A stretch of 64,000 nucleotides of DNA from Octopus vulgaris. Its lineage: Eukaryota. The stretch covers positions 87,916,001 through 87,980,000 of the forward strand of contig OX597816.1 of assembly GCA_951406725.2 (NCBI GenBank). Direction: 5' to 3'. The notes under the pieces were generated by a model that saw only the letters and a program-made list of their open reading frames with translations, had not been told where the DNA came from and searched no databases. This document shows positions 11,841 to 24,910 of the stretch, piece by piece; the first letter of the stretch is position 1, and every line of letters starts with the position of its first letter. Position numbers and translations under genes: made by a program.

Positions 11841-12533
11841 TACTTACAATTTTAATGGATGAAAAAAAATATGTGAATAAAATTAGTGTGCGCTTCTTAA
11901 TATATAAAAAAAGGACTATACACTTAAATTTCAACCAAATATGTTTCTTAACCTGTTAAAATCAAAGATACGGTAGACTGGCCCTGTGGATTAAGGTATC
12001 ATCGCAAAATTTCAAGCATATTTCATATTCTGTCTTCAGTGTATTAACAATTTTAAACCAGTACAAATTGTTTGAAATGAGACAAGGGATTATTAATGCT
12101 GCAAATCAAATACATTTTGATCTTTCTACGAATAAGAAAAAATATAACTTCTTTCTCTCATACGAGCGAGAGTTCATAAACGGTGACGTAACTGAAATAC
12201 AAAAATACGAATAAGCTGAAATAAGACCAAATTGTGGAAACTTGTATTGATTCATTCATTCTCTTAAAGGGATCGACAAAGCTCTTTAACACATTCAGCG
12301 AGGAATTAATATTTTTGAGCCCTAAGATAGAAATTTAGAATGAAGTAGAAAAGTTGTTGAAGATTTAAGTGAATCTAAAATCTGTTATCAGGAAATTTAG
12401 GAAGAAAAAATGTCATGGAAGCGAGGAAATTTTAACGCTTTCATAGAGGGAGAGAAAAAAAAAAGCAACTAAAAAAAAAACACTAACTCCTACTTTACTG
12501 GAACTAAATACAAACAGCAAAACCACATCGAGA

Positions 12534-12534
<1 letters not shown>

Positions 12535-12593
<59 letters not shown>

Positions 12594-12624
12594 CAGAATA
12601 ATGATGATGATGTTACCTTTTATG

Positions 12625-12691
<67 letters not shown>

Positions 12692-12692
12692 T
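12535..12692. repeat. Compound (TAA)n/(TGA)n microsatellite
   Basis: Direct reading. Confidence 0.95.
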
Positions 12693-13509
12693 AAACCAAT
12701 GCTATTTGCTTATTATTTGTAAATGATTTATTTTATATATATACTGTAGTAAATCGTTGCTCATATCTAAATTGTTTTATTGTTCTTTAAAGCGTTTAAA
12801 TTTTCTTATGTAACATATCAGCAGTGAGAACATAACTGCCATTTATAACATAATTTCTATGTGAATTAGCCTCTAAATAATCTTCCATTTTGCGATTGTG
12901 CATTTGGAACCAAATGAATCGTTAAACTGAAGTATTCTTCTATATGTCATATACATACAACGGAACTCTCTCTCTCTATCTCTGTTTGTCTCTCTGACTG
13001 TCTGCCTGTCTGTCTATCTGTCTGTCTGTTTCTCTCTCTCTCTCACACACACACACACTCACACGTGCACATACGTATACATCTAATAATTCCTATCTTC
13101 CTACCTATCTTTCGTGTCACGCTTCAAACTAGTGAACGAAATTCGTAGACATAATCTATTAGAAATACATCATTTATATTCATTTTATCTTAATCGTAGG
13201 GACTCATGAATAAGTATCTTAAATTAAGTATGGTTTATACATATATTCTTACATTTAGTTTTTTCATCGGCCATTAAATTGCAGCCAAGTTGAGCTACCG
13301 CTCTGTAGGGTTTAGTCGAGCATACTGACCCCAGTAATTATTTTAAAGCTAGATATAATTTTATCAATGTGTATTTGTGGAATCGCCAAGTCACGGTAGA
13401 TTAACATCACTGATTTTTAGCGGCATAAACATAAGCACACATAAGCACATTCACACACAGATGTATGTATGTATCTATATACGTAGGTATGTAGATACGT
13501 ATTTGTATA

Positions 13510-13830
<321 letters not shown>

Positions 13831-14029
13831 TATCTACTTTTACTATCAAGCCGTCCGATGAAGCGTAAGCAGGCCAAGACTTCAAAGTCACAGTCAACAA
13901 TCATTGTTAAAAAATTATATATACTTTACAAAAATAATGAGTCATCCTTCAGTTAAATGCGAAATTGTTTTTATAAACACAAAAATAATCATTACTCTCA
14001 AACACAGACACATGTGTGTGTTTTTGTGT

Positions 14030-14061
<32 letters not shown>

Positions 14062-14062
<1 letters not shown>

Positions 14063-14428
14063 GAGGCGCAATGGCCCAGTGGTTAGTGCAGCGGACTCGC
14101 GGTCACAGGATCGCGGTTTCGATTTCCAGACCGGGCGTTGTGAATATTTATTGAGCGAAAGTACCTAAATCTCCACGAAGCTCCGGCAGAGGGTGGTGGC
14201 GAACCCTGTGGTATTCTTAAACCACAACTTTCTCTCACTCTTTCTTCTTGTTTCTGTTGTACTTGTATTTTAAAGGGCCAGCCTTGCCACACTCTGTGTC
14301 ATGCTGAATCTCCCCGAGAACTACGTTAAGGGTACATGCGTCTGTGGAGTGCTCAGCCACTTGCTCGTTAATTTCGCGAGCATGCTGTACCGTTGATCGG
14401 ATCAACTGAAACCGTCGTCGTAACCGAT
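14062..14428 (+). mobile_element. SINE group C, head H1 plus tail T2
   Basis: Same head and body as the 3338 copy, tail as in the 3630 copy. Confidence 0.88.
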
Positions 14429-14454
14429 TTATAAGTTGTATTTCTCCATTTTCT

Positions 14455-14532
<78 letters not shown>

Positions 14533-14612
14533 ATATACGCGTAGAATGGACTATATGCGTGTGTGTGCGCGCGCGCACGTCTATCTATCTTTCTCTCTAT
14601 ATAAATGTGCGT

Positions 14613-14643
<31 letters not shown>

Positions 14644-14964
14644 ATTGTGTGAGGAAATATTCATAAAAGGAAGAACTACTTATAGTATTTCGTATCCACA
14701 ACAAATCACTAAATACCAATATATGCACAAAGATTGTGAGTGTTCTTATGTCTCTAGTCAAAATTCTATCCGGGTGGAGTTATTAAATTTTCTTCAGCAA
14801 AAAAATAGTTTAAATAAGGAAATCAGAAGACTTCAATAGACATTAGTTATTAACAGTTACTCAAATTCTCTAGTAGATCAAGTTCTTTTATGGGCACAAA
14901 TTTACCACAACTGATACAACATTCAAATAACACACACAAACCAGTCTTATAGTATAAATAGATA

Positions 14965-15191
14965 AATGCGCCCTTTTAAAACCTAGTCAGGCTCATGGGT
15001 CCGGTTTCCCGGTTTCAATGGCATATGTGTTCCGCAGCTGGACGGGACGCCAGTCCATCACAGCGATACTCATTTTTGCCAGATGAGTGGACTGGAGCAA
15101 CGTGAAATGAAGTGTTTCGCCCGGTCCAAGAATCGAAACCACAATCTTACGATCATGATGCTGACACCCTAACCACTAAGCCACGCGCCTC
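14965..15191 (-). mobile_element. SINE group C, head H2 plus tail T1 (small internal deletion)
   Basis: Reverse complement of GAGGCGCGTGGCTTAGTGGTTAGGGTGTCAGCATCATGATCG...TTTTAAAAGGGCGCATTTA; closely similar to the 26120 copy. Confidence 0.88.
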
Positions 15192-15629
15192 GACAGTCTT
15201 ATAAAATACTGCATTACTAAGGTGCACTCTTGTCATAGAATGGATGAAGCGAGCATTTGCGGTTAGCAATTACTCAGGGTTGGCAGTTGGTGACGTTTAT
15301 GTAGTAAAATACACACACACTCATACAAAAAAGCGAAACACGGGCGCGCGATTGAGTTAGAGGCAGGTTTACTTCTACTTTTATTGATCGTGAAGACAAC
15401 GTTGTTGTAGAAATGTACATAGCACGAGTACTAGAGCAATACAATGTGTAGTTTTAATACCGAAATTGAAAGCAGAGGCGAATTATGCCTACCTAATCTG
15501 CAAAAAAAAAAAGACATTTTGTATTTTATGTAGAGTAATTTTATTGAATTTGGTGCATATTTTGCCATAAAGGGAAAATATTACTATCGATCTATTTTAT
15601 TCAGTGTAGGCACTGCCTACCTTGGCTGC

Positions 15630-16352
15630 CTAGGCGGTTCGTCTCTGGGATATCCTACTGACAATAAGACAACGCAAATATTCAGGAAATATGACAAAAT
15701 TACTAACACTAAAAACTTTCTCATCAGCATGAAACCACAACCTAAAAACCACAGTAGGTACTTCAGACAAGCAAAGTATTATACAAATTTTGATGTAAGC
15801 ATAAAAGTTGTAAACTTCGTGATTCAAACTGTTACATCTAACACACAAGATAGACATTTCTCGCTAGTTGACACAGCATTTAGAACAAAGGAAAGAACTT
15901 GAAAGTAGTCATGTATTACGAAAAAGGAAAAGAAATCGAAAAAAAAACTAGCTATAATGAAAGGGCTAGTAAGAGTGAAATTGAATCCTGAATTGTATGA
16001 TGATGACCTGAAAGCAGTATTGCTTGAGAAAGAAACAGTAGACAGATTGATAGATGTATTCCCGGGCACTATTGTGGGCGCCGGACTCTGTGTGCGTTAC
16101 GACAATTTGCCCAGCGTAGTGGAGCTGGAACACCTGATGGAGCACATAACGGATGAACACTCCGGATAATTATAGTTGTATATATGAACAGTAAAATGAA
16201 ACTGCAAGCTTTGGGGGGCTCGTAAGCCATTCCATTCCATTCATTGTAAATATTCATTTCATAATTATTTTTCTTTATATGTACCCCATGTTTTGTGTTA
16301 TCTGTCCTTGTTATGTCCACTCTCTATTCAGGCTGTATGCCTATAATAAAGA
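15630..16352 (+). mobile_element. Decayed gag-like ORF1 followed directly by a Tx1/L1-like 3' UTR (candidate ORF1-only derivative)
   Basis: ORF 15957-16169 KGLVRVKLNPELYDDDLKAVLL..; then GGGGGGCTCG and TATCTGTCCTTGTTATGTCCACTCTC..AATAAAG, resembling the LINE 3' end at 57900-58050 and SINE A tail 1. Confidence 0.45.
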
Positions 16353-17001
16353 TTTAGAACAAAGAACTATTGCAGCCCTTTATAATACAGAAGTAGGAAA
16401 CAGAACTAAGAAGACAGACATTTGTTGATTATACTGCAGCACTCCTTACAGAATGTCATTATACAATATTAGCCATAGGCGATTTATTAGCAGTAAAATT
16501 AGCACGCAGATACAGCGCACGTGAACTAAACTATGACAGTCAGTTGGAGATAACTGTTGAATACGTCTAGATTCGAAAATGATGATTTCATTAGTCATAA
16601 CGTCATTTCCATGTTCACTAGCTACCGACTAAAATCGCAACGTTAATGTGCCATCCTCATTTTCTCCTTTTCTCATTCAGAAGGTAAGATCGAAAAAAGT
16701 CTTGAAACATTAATGACCTTAGGAGTGTTAACATTTTAAGTTAACAAATAAAAACAAATAAATAAGTTTATATGAAAATCATGAATAAAAATCATTGAAT
16801 ACGTTCGTCTCTTCAGTATAACATGTTTGAAAGAAATGTTGTATGTGTGTGTGTGTGTTTGTGCGAGTGCGTGTGTGTATGTGTACGTATATGTAAATAT
16901 GTATGTATGTATGTATATATATTTGCATACATCATACATACATACACACACATATATATATGTGTGTGTGTGCGTGCGTGTGCATATGTGCATATATATA
17001 T

Positions 17002-17033
<32 letters not shown>

Positions 17034-17140
17034 GCGCATATGTGCATGCACGTGAGTATTTTATACATGTATGTATATATGTATATGTATGAATGTATGT
17101 ATGTGTATGTATGTATGTATGTATGTATGTGTCTGTGTAT

Positions 17141-17236
17141 GCATATCTGTGCGTATGTGTGTTCCTGTGTGCATATCTGTGCGTATGTGTGCTCCTGTGT
17201 GCATATCTGTGCGTATGTGTGTTCCTGTGTGCATAT
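17141..17236. repeat. 30-bp minisatellite, three copies
   Basis: GCATATCTGTGCGTATGTGTGTTCCTGTGT repeated three times with one substitution. Confidence 0.93.
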
Positions 17237-18656
17237 ATATATATATTTATGTATGTATGTATGTATGTATGTATGTATGTATGTATGTATGTATATAAAT
17301 ATATATATATATGTTCAATCTTTCTTTACAGAAAACTGCATTAACCCGGTTATTCCGACTTTCCCTCTTTGTGAGTCAAGGATTCAAAATGAATTTGTCT
17401 TAGCTTGCTACAGTCCTGTCAATGCTCTTATTTAATAATTTACTAACAATTCCTTGTGCAAATAAAACAAGCCCAGTATTCTACGTTTCTCTTTCTTCCT
17501 TCTTCCTTCCTGCTTTTCTCTCTTTTCATCTGTGTTTACAATTGCTCACCTATTCATTTGCGTAGGTTTTTTTTAAAAATATATTTTGGCTTATATTTTA
17601 CGTTATTGCTTGTTTTATTTCATCGGCGCCATCAATAAATATTTTTGCTTTTTTTTTCTACCTTCGACGTCAACTAACTGCCAAATGAACCTGTGGAACA
17701 GCAACAACAACAACGACGACGATGACGACGATGACAGCAATATCAGTAATAACAACAACAGTAGTAATAACACCAAAAACAATCTCAACGAAGCAGCTCA
17801 ACCACTGCTAATATCAACAACAACAGCCACTACCACAACAACAAACGAGTCGTTTTAAGGCTTGTGCATTATTATTGTATGGTCAATATTAGCAAAGCAT
17901 CAACAATAACAAAAACAATAACAGCAACAACGAAACCACAACTAATACTACTACAACTAGGACTACAACCACCACTACTACAACTACCACCGCCACTACC
18001 ACGGCCACCACCACAACTACCTCTACCAACCAAAAAACAATTACATGCGAATGAATCTAATGGCTAGTCTATCCTTGTTATATGGTCAATATTAACAAGA
18101 CGACAACAGCAACAGCAGCAACAAGGAAAGTACCATCTAATGGCTACTGTATCATTGTTGTTTGGTCAATATTAGCTAAAGATCATGGTGAATTCAGCTG
18201 CCTTTCTCTGTTATTCTATTGTTTGTTTTTTAACACTACAAATGGTGTTAGCTTGGCCATTCAATAATCAGATTTTGGTCTTTACCTTGATTTTATCACT
18301 GCTTTTTCATTTGATTTTTCTTTGCTTTGCATTCAATTGAAAACCAACACATATGCGTGTGTGCGCACATGTACATAAATACTTATACTCTTGCATACAC
18401 ATAGCAAAATGCACTGACAGCCACAAAGACAACCACACACACACATATTCACGCATTCATAAAACCAATTACAAAACATACATGCACAAGCAATGCGCAA
18501 CATATTCACACATAAGCATGCATGAACACAAATATATACGCATAACCAAAACTACATACAAATGCACACGCGCGCACACACACACAAAGCAATTTATATT
18601 GGAAGCGAAGATGTTTATTAAGAAAGTCAAAATCCACTAAAGTCATTTAAAGAAAC

Positions 18657-18722
<66 letters not shown>

Positions 18723-18999
18723 TATTATTATTGCTTGCTGTACTATTCTGGCAGATTGTTCAATAAGGTTAGATATTTCGGTCTGTTGAGATTGTTTAGA
18801 AGCTAGAAACTAGCCGATTTAGAAACAGTCTTGTGTTGTCCGCCACCAGAGGTCACTGAGGCTAATTGTGTATGCTTAAATCTTTATATTCCATTTGTTT
18901 CTTCTATATCTTACTGTCCTTCATTCCTCTCTTCCTTCCTCATATGCTGACTTTCTTTCCTTCCTTCCTTCCTTTGCTTTCTTCTTTACTCTTTGTCTT

Positions 19000-19021
19000 T
19001 CTCCCCCCCTCTCTCTCTCCC

Positions 19022-19109
<88 letters not shown>

Positions 19110-19560
19110 CTAATCAATAGTAACTGTCTTGTCTATTTTATCTACCGAATTTAACTTTTCAGGCTACATGAAGCCTAATTTCAATCTACGCATCATGCCA
19201 CTGCAAGTCATGAAAATCTAATAGCAGAAGGAAGAGAAGGAGAAGAAAAAGGAAAAGATGGAGAAGAAAAAAAGGAAAAGAAGAAAGCAGAGGAGGAAAA
19301 AGGGAAAGAAAAGAAGAAAAAGAGGAAGATGATGATGATGATGATGATGATGATGAAGAAAAAGAAGAAGAAGAAGAAGAAGACGACGACGACGACGACG
19401 ACGAAGAAGAAGAAGAAGAAGAGGAGGAGGAGCAAGAAAAGAGGAAGATGAAGGTGGAGAAGAAATGGGGAAAAGAAGAGGGAGGATAAGAAGAGGAAAA
19501 AAGGAAAAGGATGAAAGACAAAAATGATGAAGAATATGTAAAAGGAACAGAATGAGGAGA
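19000..19560. repeat. (CTTT)n/(CT)n, then purine-rich (GAA/GAT/GAC)n low-complexity block
   Basis: Direct reading. Confidence 0.9.
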
Positions 19561-20125
19561 GAAATGAGATGAAACGAAGGAATAAATAAATAAACTAGTT
19601 AAATAAAACAAAGGTTTGTAGCATAAGCAGAAAATCGCACATTTTTGAGAAGCGTAGGTGGATGTAGTACAGTTGATTATATCGATTCTCAATACATGAA
19701 TGGTACTATACCTTATCGACTGCGGAAAGATGAAATGTAATGCTGACATTGGTGGGGATTGATCTCAGAATATATGGAGATGTAACTAAATATCGCAATG
19801 TATTTTGTTCGTCGTTCGATAAATTTTGTCATCTGTCACTTTACATAAGAATGGGTTTCAAATGAGGCACGTGGCCACACGATATGAAAGAGCGCAGTCG
19901 TTGAGTTATCGTGTCATCCAACATAAATGAAACGATACAAGTTTAAGGTAAGACTCTCAATGGACGTAAAGACTGCGACGTAATTTGTTCGAAATTCCTA
20001 TGGATTTAGCCCCAGCCCGCAATATCAAGCAGATGTAAGTTGTTATCACTTGAAATCGCATTCCAGTAATCATTTTGGCGAATGTAAATCCCGGTCTACT
20101 GTATCAATAGTTAATGATAATAATA

Positions 20126-20428
20126 ACCCGTTCTACTAAAGGCACAAGGCATGAAATTTTGGGGAAGGGGACTAGTCGATTAGATCGACCTCAGTGTTCA
20201 TTTCGTACTTATTTTATCGACCCCAAAAAGGAAGAGAGTCGAAGTCGACGTCGGTGGAATTTGAACTCTGACCGTAGCAGTAGACGAAATACCTATTTCT
20301 ATTTCTTTACAACCCACAAGGGGCTAAACACAGAGAGGACAAACAAGGACATACACACGGATTAAGTCGATTATATCGACGCCAGTGCGTAACTGGTACT
20401 TATTTAATCGACCCCGAAAGGATGAAAA
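20126..20428 (-). mobile_element. SINE family A dimer (5'-truncated tail-1 unit plus headless tail-2 unit)
   Basis: Junction GACGAAATACC|TATTTC at 20293/20294. Confidence 0.8.
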
Positions 20429-20542
20429 GCAGACTCCGGTGCATTTTTACCTACACTGTGTTACGAAGGAATAATAATAAGAATAATGATGAAAATGATG
20501 ATGATGATGATGATGATGTTACTACTACTACTACTACTAATA

Positions 20543-20580
<38 letters not shown>

Positions 20581-20719
20581 AATAATAATCTGTTCGATAT
20601 TCTTATGGATTTAATTTCAGCCCCAATATCAAAAAGATATAAGATGTTATCACTTGAAATCATATTCTAGTAACCACTTAGGCGAATATAAATCTAGGCC
20701 TATTGTATCAACAGTTAAT

Positions 20720-20912
20720 AATACAAGAATCACTACGATAGTGTAGGACAGTATTTGCATTGATAAATATGTAAACACTACACAATCGTCACTCCTGCTT
20801 ACTGGTATGAACATCATCCTAAGCCAGTCGTTGGAGGTAAAAACGTCACTATCCTTTGAGATTTTCCAATCAACTCCAGCAGAACGATCCAAGCTAATCG
20901 ACCAAACATATC
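20720..20912 (+). pseudogene. Dong-like RLE-proximal fragment
   Basis: Reads HYDSVGQYLH**ICKHYTIVTPAYWYEHHPKPVVGGKNVTIL*DFPINSSRTIQANRPNI. Confidence 0.8.
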
Positions 20913-21151
20913 CCAGGATAACTATGTGTCAGAGAATTCCAAAATATTGTGTTGACAAATACTACCCACATGCTTAGAAAAACCCTATTAATTTAAATGT
21001 ATGTGTTGTATTACATGAACATATTTCTCTACTGCCACTTCCCCTCCCTAAGCTTTCAGTCGTACGGTAACATCTCTTATCCTACACTCGCCCTAGGACG
21101 CTGTGTGTGTATCAGAAAGTGATTGTAATAAACATGCAGATTGAAAGTAAA

Positions 21152-21204
<53 letters not shown>

Positions 21205-21207
<3 letters not shown>

Positions 21208-21560
21208 AAGAGGATAGAAAGATCCAGGTAATTGACTTTACAGTCCCAAATGATGAGTAAGTCAACATGAGAGGTATGGAGAAAATAGCAAAGTATCAGG
21301 ACCTAGCCATTGAGTTACAGAGGCTATGAAAAGTGCGGGTAAAAATGTATCGTTGTAGTTTCAGTGCATTAGGAACTATCCTTAAAGATTTGAACAGATG
21401 GATTGAGGTAATAGTCATAAAACCCAGTTTAGTGTAGCTCCAGAGAACAGTGTTAATAGAAACAGTTAGGAGGATTCTTGGCAACTCAGATTACGAATTG
21501 TAGCTCGATGTTGGATTTTTTTTTCCATCAATCTAATCTGTTGTGCGAGTATGAAATGAT
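21205..21560 (+). mobile_element. 5'-truncated Dong-like RLE fragment plus 3' UTR, preceded by (TAG)n and ending in (TAA/TGA)n
   Basis: IDFTVPNDE*..MEKIAKYQDLAIELQRL*KV..ALGTI..LQRTVL. Confidence 0.78.
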
Positions 21561-21569
21561 AATAATAAT

Positions 21570-21990
21570 GATCCTTTCTACTAAATGGCATAAGGCCTGA
21601 AATTTGGTGGGAAGGGGGCTTGTAGATTTCAGTGATTCCAGTGTTCAAATGGTACTCCATCAACTCCAAAAGGATGAAATGCAAAGTTGACTTCCACGGA
21701 ATTTGAACTCAGAACACCAATACGGATGAAACGCTGTTAAGCAATTTGTCCGGCGTACTAACGATTCTGCCAGTTCCACCGCTTTAGTAACGATTTCAAA
21801 TTCTGGGCCAGCAATTTCAGGGGAAGGATTAAGTCGGTTACCTCCATCCCTTTTCTCAGCTGATGCATTATCGACTCCGAAAGGATGGAAAAGGTAAAGT
21901 CGACCTCGGCGGCATTTGAACGCAGAACGTTAAGACGGACGGGACGAAATGCTGCTAAGCATTTTGCACGGCGTGCCAACTATGCTTCCA
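21570..21990 (-). mobile_element. Two diverged SINE family A copies in tandem
   Basis: Reverse-complement bodies AAAGGATGAAATGCAAAGTTGAC and AAAGGATGGAAAAGGTAAAGTCGACCTCGGCGG. Confidence 0.8.
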
Positions 21991-21999
21991 GTTCTTTCC

Positions 22000-22050
<51 letters not shown>

Positions 22051-22149
22051 TTAATAATAATAATAATAACTTCCCTAGGAGTCGGGAAGACACTCGGCAA
22101 GAAATGGAAGCAAATTTGAAAGAGGAAAAAAAAAAGAAATAATAATAAT

Positions 22150-22815
22150 AAAGTGGTTATGAATTGCTAAAAGTAATTTCCGAAAAAACAGCAACAAAAA
22201 AAAAAAAACAGAGACTTTAACCTGTGCTGGTTTTGAGCAGCACCAACATAAAATAGATGATACAGCAAAAAGCGATAAGTGCAGAGAATGGGAAAACTGT
22301 ATGGCATATTACCAGCATATTACTTGCATATACATTGCAAGCCCAGAAAGAATATAAGAGGCGGCATTATAACATAGCAAGGATAGTCCACTGGGCACTT
22401 TGCAACAAGTATGGACTTGACAGAGCAGAAAAGTGATACGAACATTAATCCGAAGACATTACTGAAAATAGTAATGCAGTGATTCTGTAGGACTTTATGT
22501 TTCATGGTCACGATGTAGTAGAGAACAGAAAACTAGATTTGATGATAATGAGAAAGAAAGCAAACTGTGTTGAACCCAGATATAGCATGTCCAGCTGATA
22601 ACAAGGTATGCGATAAAGAAGAAAAATGTCGGTAGATATGATAGGCTAGCCTGGGAAGTTATACAGCTGTTGACGCTGTAAAAAAGGCGGTTGTAATAAA
22701 AATCAGTGTCGAAACCTCAAGAACAGTGAGTAAAGATTTTGAGAACTGTAGTGAGTAAATAGGGGTTGCAAGACGGGTGGAGCACTTGCAGAAAATAGGA
22801 CTGCTTGGAGCCTTA
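22150..22815 (+). pseudogene. Decayed Dong-like CCHC/RLE region, same family as 55686-57045
   Basis: QKEYKRRHYNIARIVHWALCNKYGLDRAEK; IACPADNKVCDKEE; VEHLQK. Confidence 0.82.
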
Positions 22816-22949
22816 AAGAAGCCTTACTCAGAGACCTTTTGAGTGGAATGGGCTACTCGACCTCAAGAAAATTCTAATTGGGCCCAATTAGTGGAATGGG
22901 CTACTCATAGAGATGCAAAGATCAGTTCATAATTCTTGAGAACTGTCAT

Positions 22950-24717
22950 AACAAGCGCAGGAATTTCAGTTCCGCATGAATTGATTACAAAAGGGTTTTA
23001 ACAGTATAACGCATTCACGGATCTTGAAATCGTCGGACATCTTCAAAATTTATCCTGAATTTCAAGCTTTCTGAAGCATAATATATCATTGTGGAACACG
23101 AATCTCCAATTATATCGTTCTATGGAGCACTAAATTCAAACAACATTAACATCAACGGTGATATTTTCATCTCTAATTTTTTATTGCTCTAATACCCCTT
23201 ACAAGTGAACTTAAAAGAACAGAGTATGGTAATAACATTGACAAGAAAATAAGTCATCTATTTTATATGGATTACTTGAAAATATAAGGCAAAGACAATA
23301 ATGAGCTTGATGGCCTCTTACTTATTGTAAAAGCATTTAGTGATGACATCGGGGTGGGGTCGGGTTTTGTTAAGTGTGCCCAGGTCACTTTCAAGCAAGG
23401 ATAATTGATAAACAATTTAGTCGAATTAGATGTTGAAACAGTTATAAAAGAAGTTGAGCAGGAACAAACCTATAAATACTTAGAAATAAATGAAGGCTCT
23501 AACATTCAGTATGCAAGCATGAAAGAGATCAGGAAGGAATGTCATAGGAGAATATGAGTAAAAGTTGGAAGTCTGGGCTAAATGTACTGAAGGTGTTAAC
23601 CAATAAATTTCTAAGCAGTTTCAGTTGTTACTTATAGCTGCAATATAGAATATCAGTGAAATCAAGAAAATTGATAAACGGAATACGTAAGCTGCTGACT
23701 TGTAATAAGACTTACCACCCAAAAGCAGACGTGGATAGTCTTTACCTTCCCAGAGCTCAAGTGGGGTGGGATAGATGCTTGATCCAGTTCGAACTTGCTT
23801 GCAAAAATACCACAATTGGCTTGATTAAATAGCTTGAAACAACTAAGTACAGGATGCTAAAACGTGTTGAAAATCACAAGAGGCTTAAGAAGCTTCATTC
23901 GATCTTGAAGGAGAGCAAAAAATTTTCTACTGATTTCATGAAAGATTCCCAGGCTGAACAGTCTGAGGGAAATTTGCTAACTGTTATTGCAAAGAAAATA
24001 AAATTAATGGCAACGAAGAATGTGCATCACCAATTGGCTGGTAGTTGGAAGCAGAAACTTGAGGGAAATAAGCAACTGCCGTTGCAAAGAATGTTAAATT
24101 AATAGCAAAGAAAAAGTGCATAAACAATTGGTTAGTAAATGGGAGTAGAAACCTCTGCAGGGCAAATATCTGGCCTGTAGCAAACCGGAAGTACACCCAT
24201 AAGTGGCTACAGAGCTCAGGGTTAAAGGTACACTGCAGCAGCGTTATCTTAGCTGCTGAAGGTCTAAGCTTATTAATCTGTAGCTACCAGGCCAATGTGA
24301 TGAACAATGGAGTACTTCCAAAGTGCAGATCCTGCAATTATGAGATTGAGACAGTGGATCACCCGATCTCTGGATGTAAAGATTTAGCACCACAAGAGTA
24401 TAAACCAAGACAAGACAGAGTTGGCCAATATCCACACTGCTTAATATGTCGATATTATTTAAAAAATGTGATATAAACATCACCCTGAGGGTGTAACTGA
24501 GGGTCAAAATGTAACGATTCTTTGAAACTTTCCAGTATATTCTAGAAATCACCATCAAAGCTAATAAACTGGATATTAATTGATATTAGTATTCCTAGTG
24601 ATCATAATATTGCGGCAAAAGAATTTGTTAAGCTCGGAAAGTATAAAAATCTGCTCACTGAAATCGAAAAAATGTGACATTTCAAGGCCGTCACAAGACC
24701 AGTGGTTGTGGGAGCAT
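22950..24717 (+). pseudogene. Decayed Dong-like RT-CCHC-RLE region
   Basis: IALIPLTSELK..ISHLFYMDYLK (YMDD degenerate), AFSDDIG, YKYL, HPKADVD.LYLPR, RQDRVGQYPH, KYKNLLTEIEKM*..PVVVGA. Confidence 0.85.
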
Positions 24718-24910
24718 CTCACAGTTTTCTAAAATGTTGACACTTGATATCGCGTCATTTTATGTTACAGATATTGCGCAGTCAGCACATGGGAAAGGTT
24801 TCAAATTTCTCTATATGTTTATAGCAGAGAGTCCATGCTTCTGCCCCGTATATATTTATTTGTATATATTTATTTTAGTTTTCAAACTGACACCGTGCTC
24901 TTCCCACATT
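24718..24910 (-). pseudogene. RTE-clade LINE C-terminal fragment
   Basis: WEEHGVSLKTKINIYK..IYGAEAWTLCYKHIEKFETF..LRNICNIK*RD (RTE post-RT motif YG.E.WT). Confidence 0.75.

Noticed and set aside
17141-17236. 30-bp repeats, and the 26-bp repeats at 49155-49224, as CRISPR-like arrays
   Set aside because: Head-to-tail repeats without unique spacers, in a eukaryotic context with no cas genes
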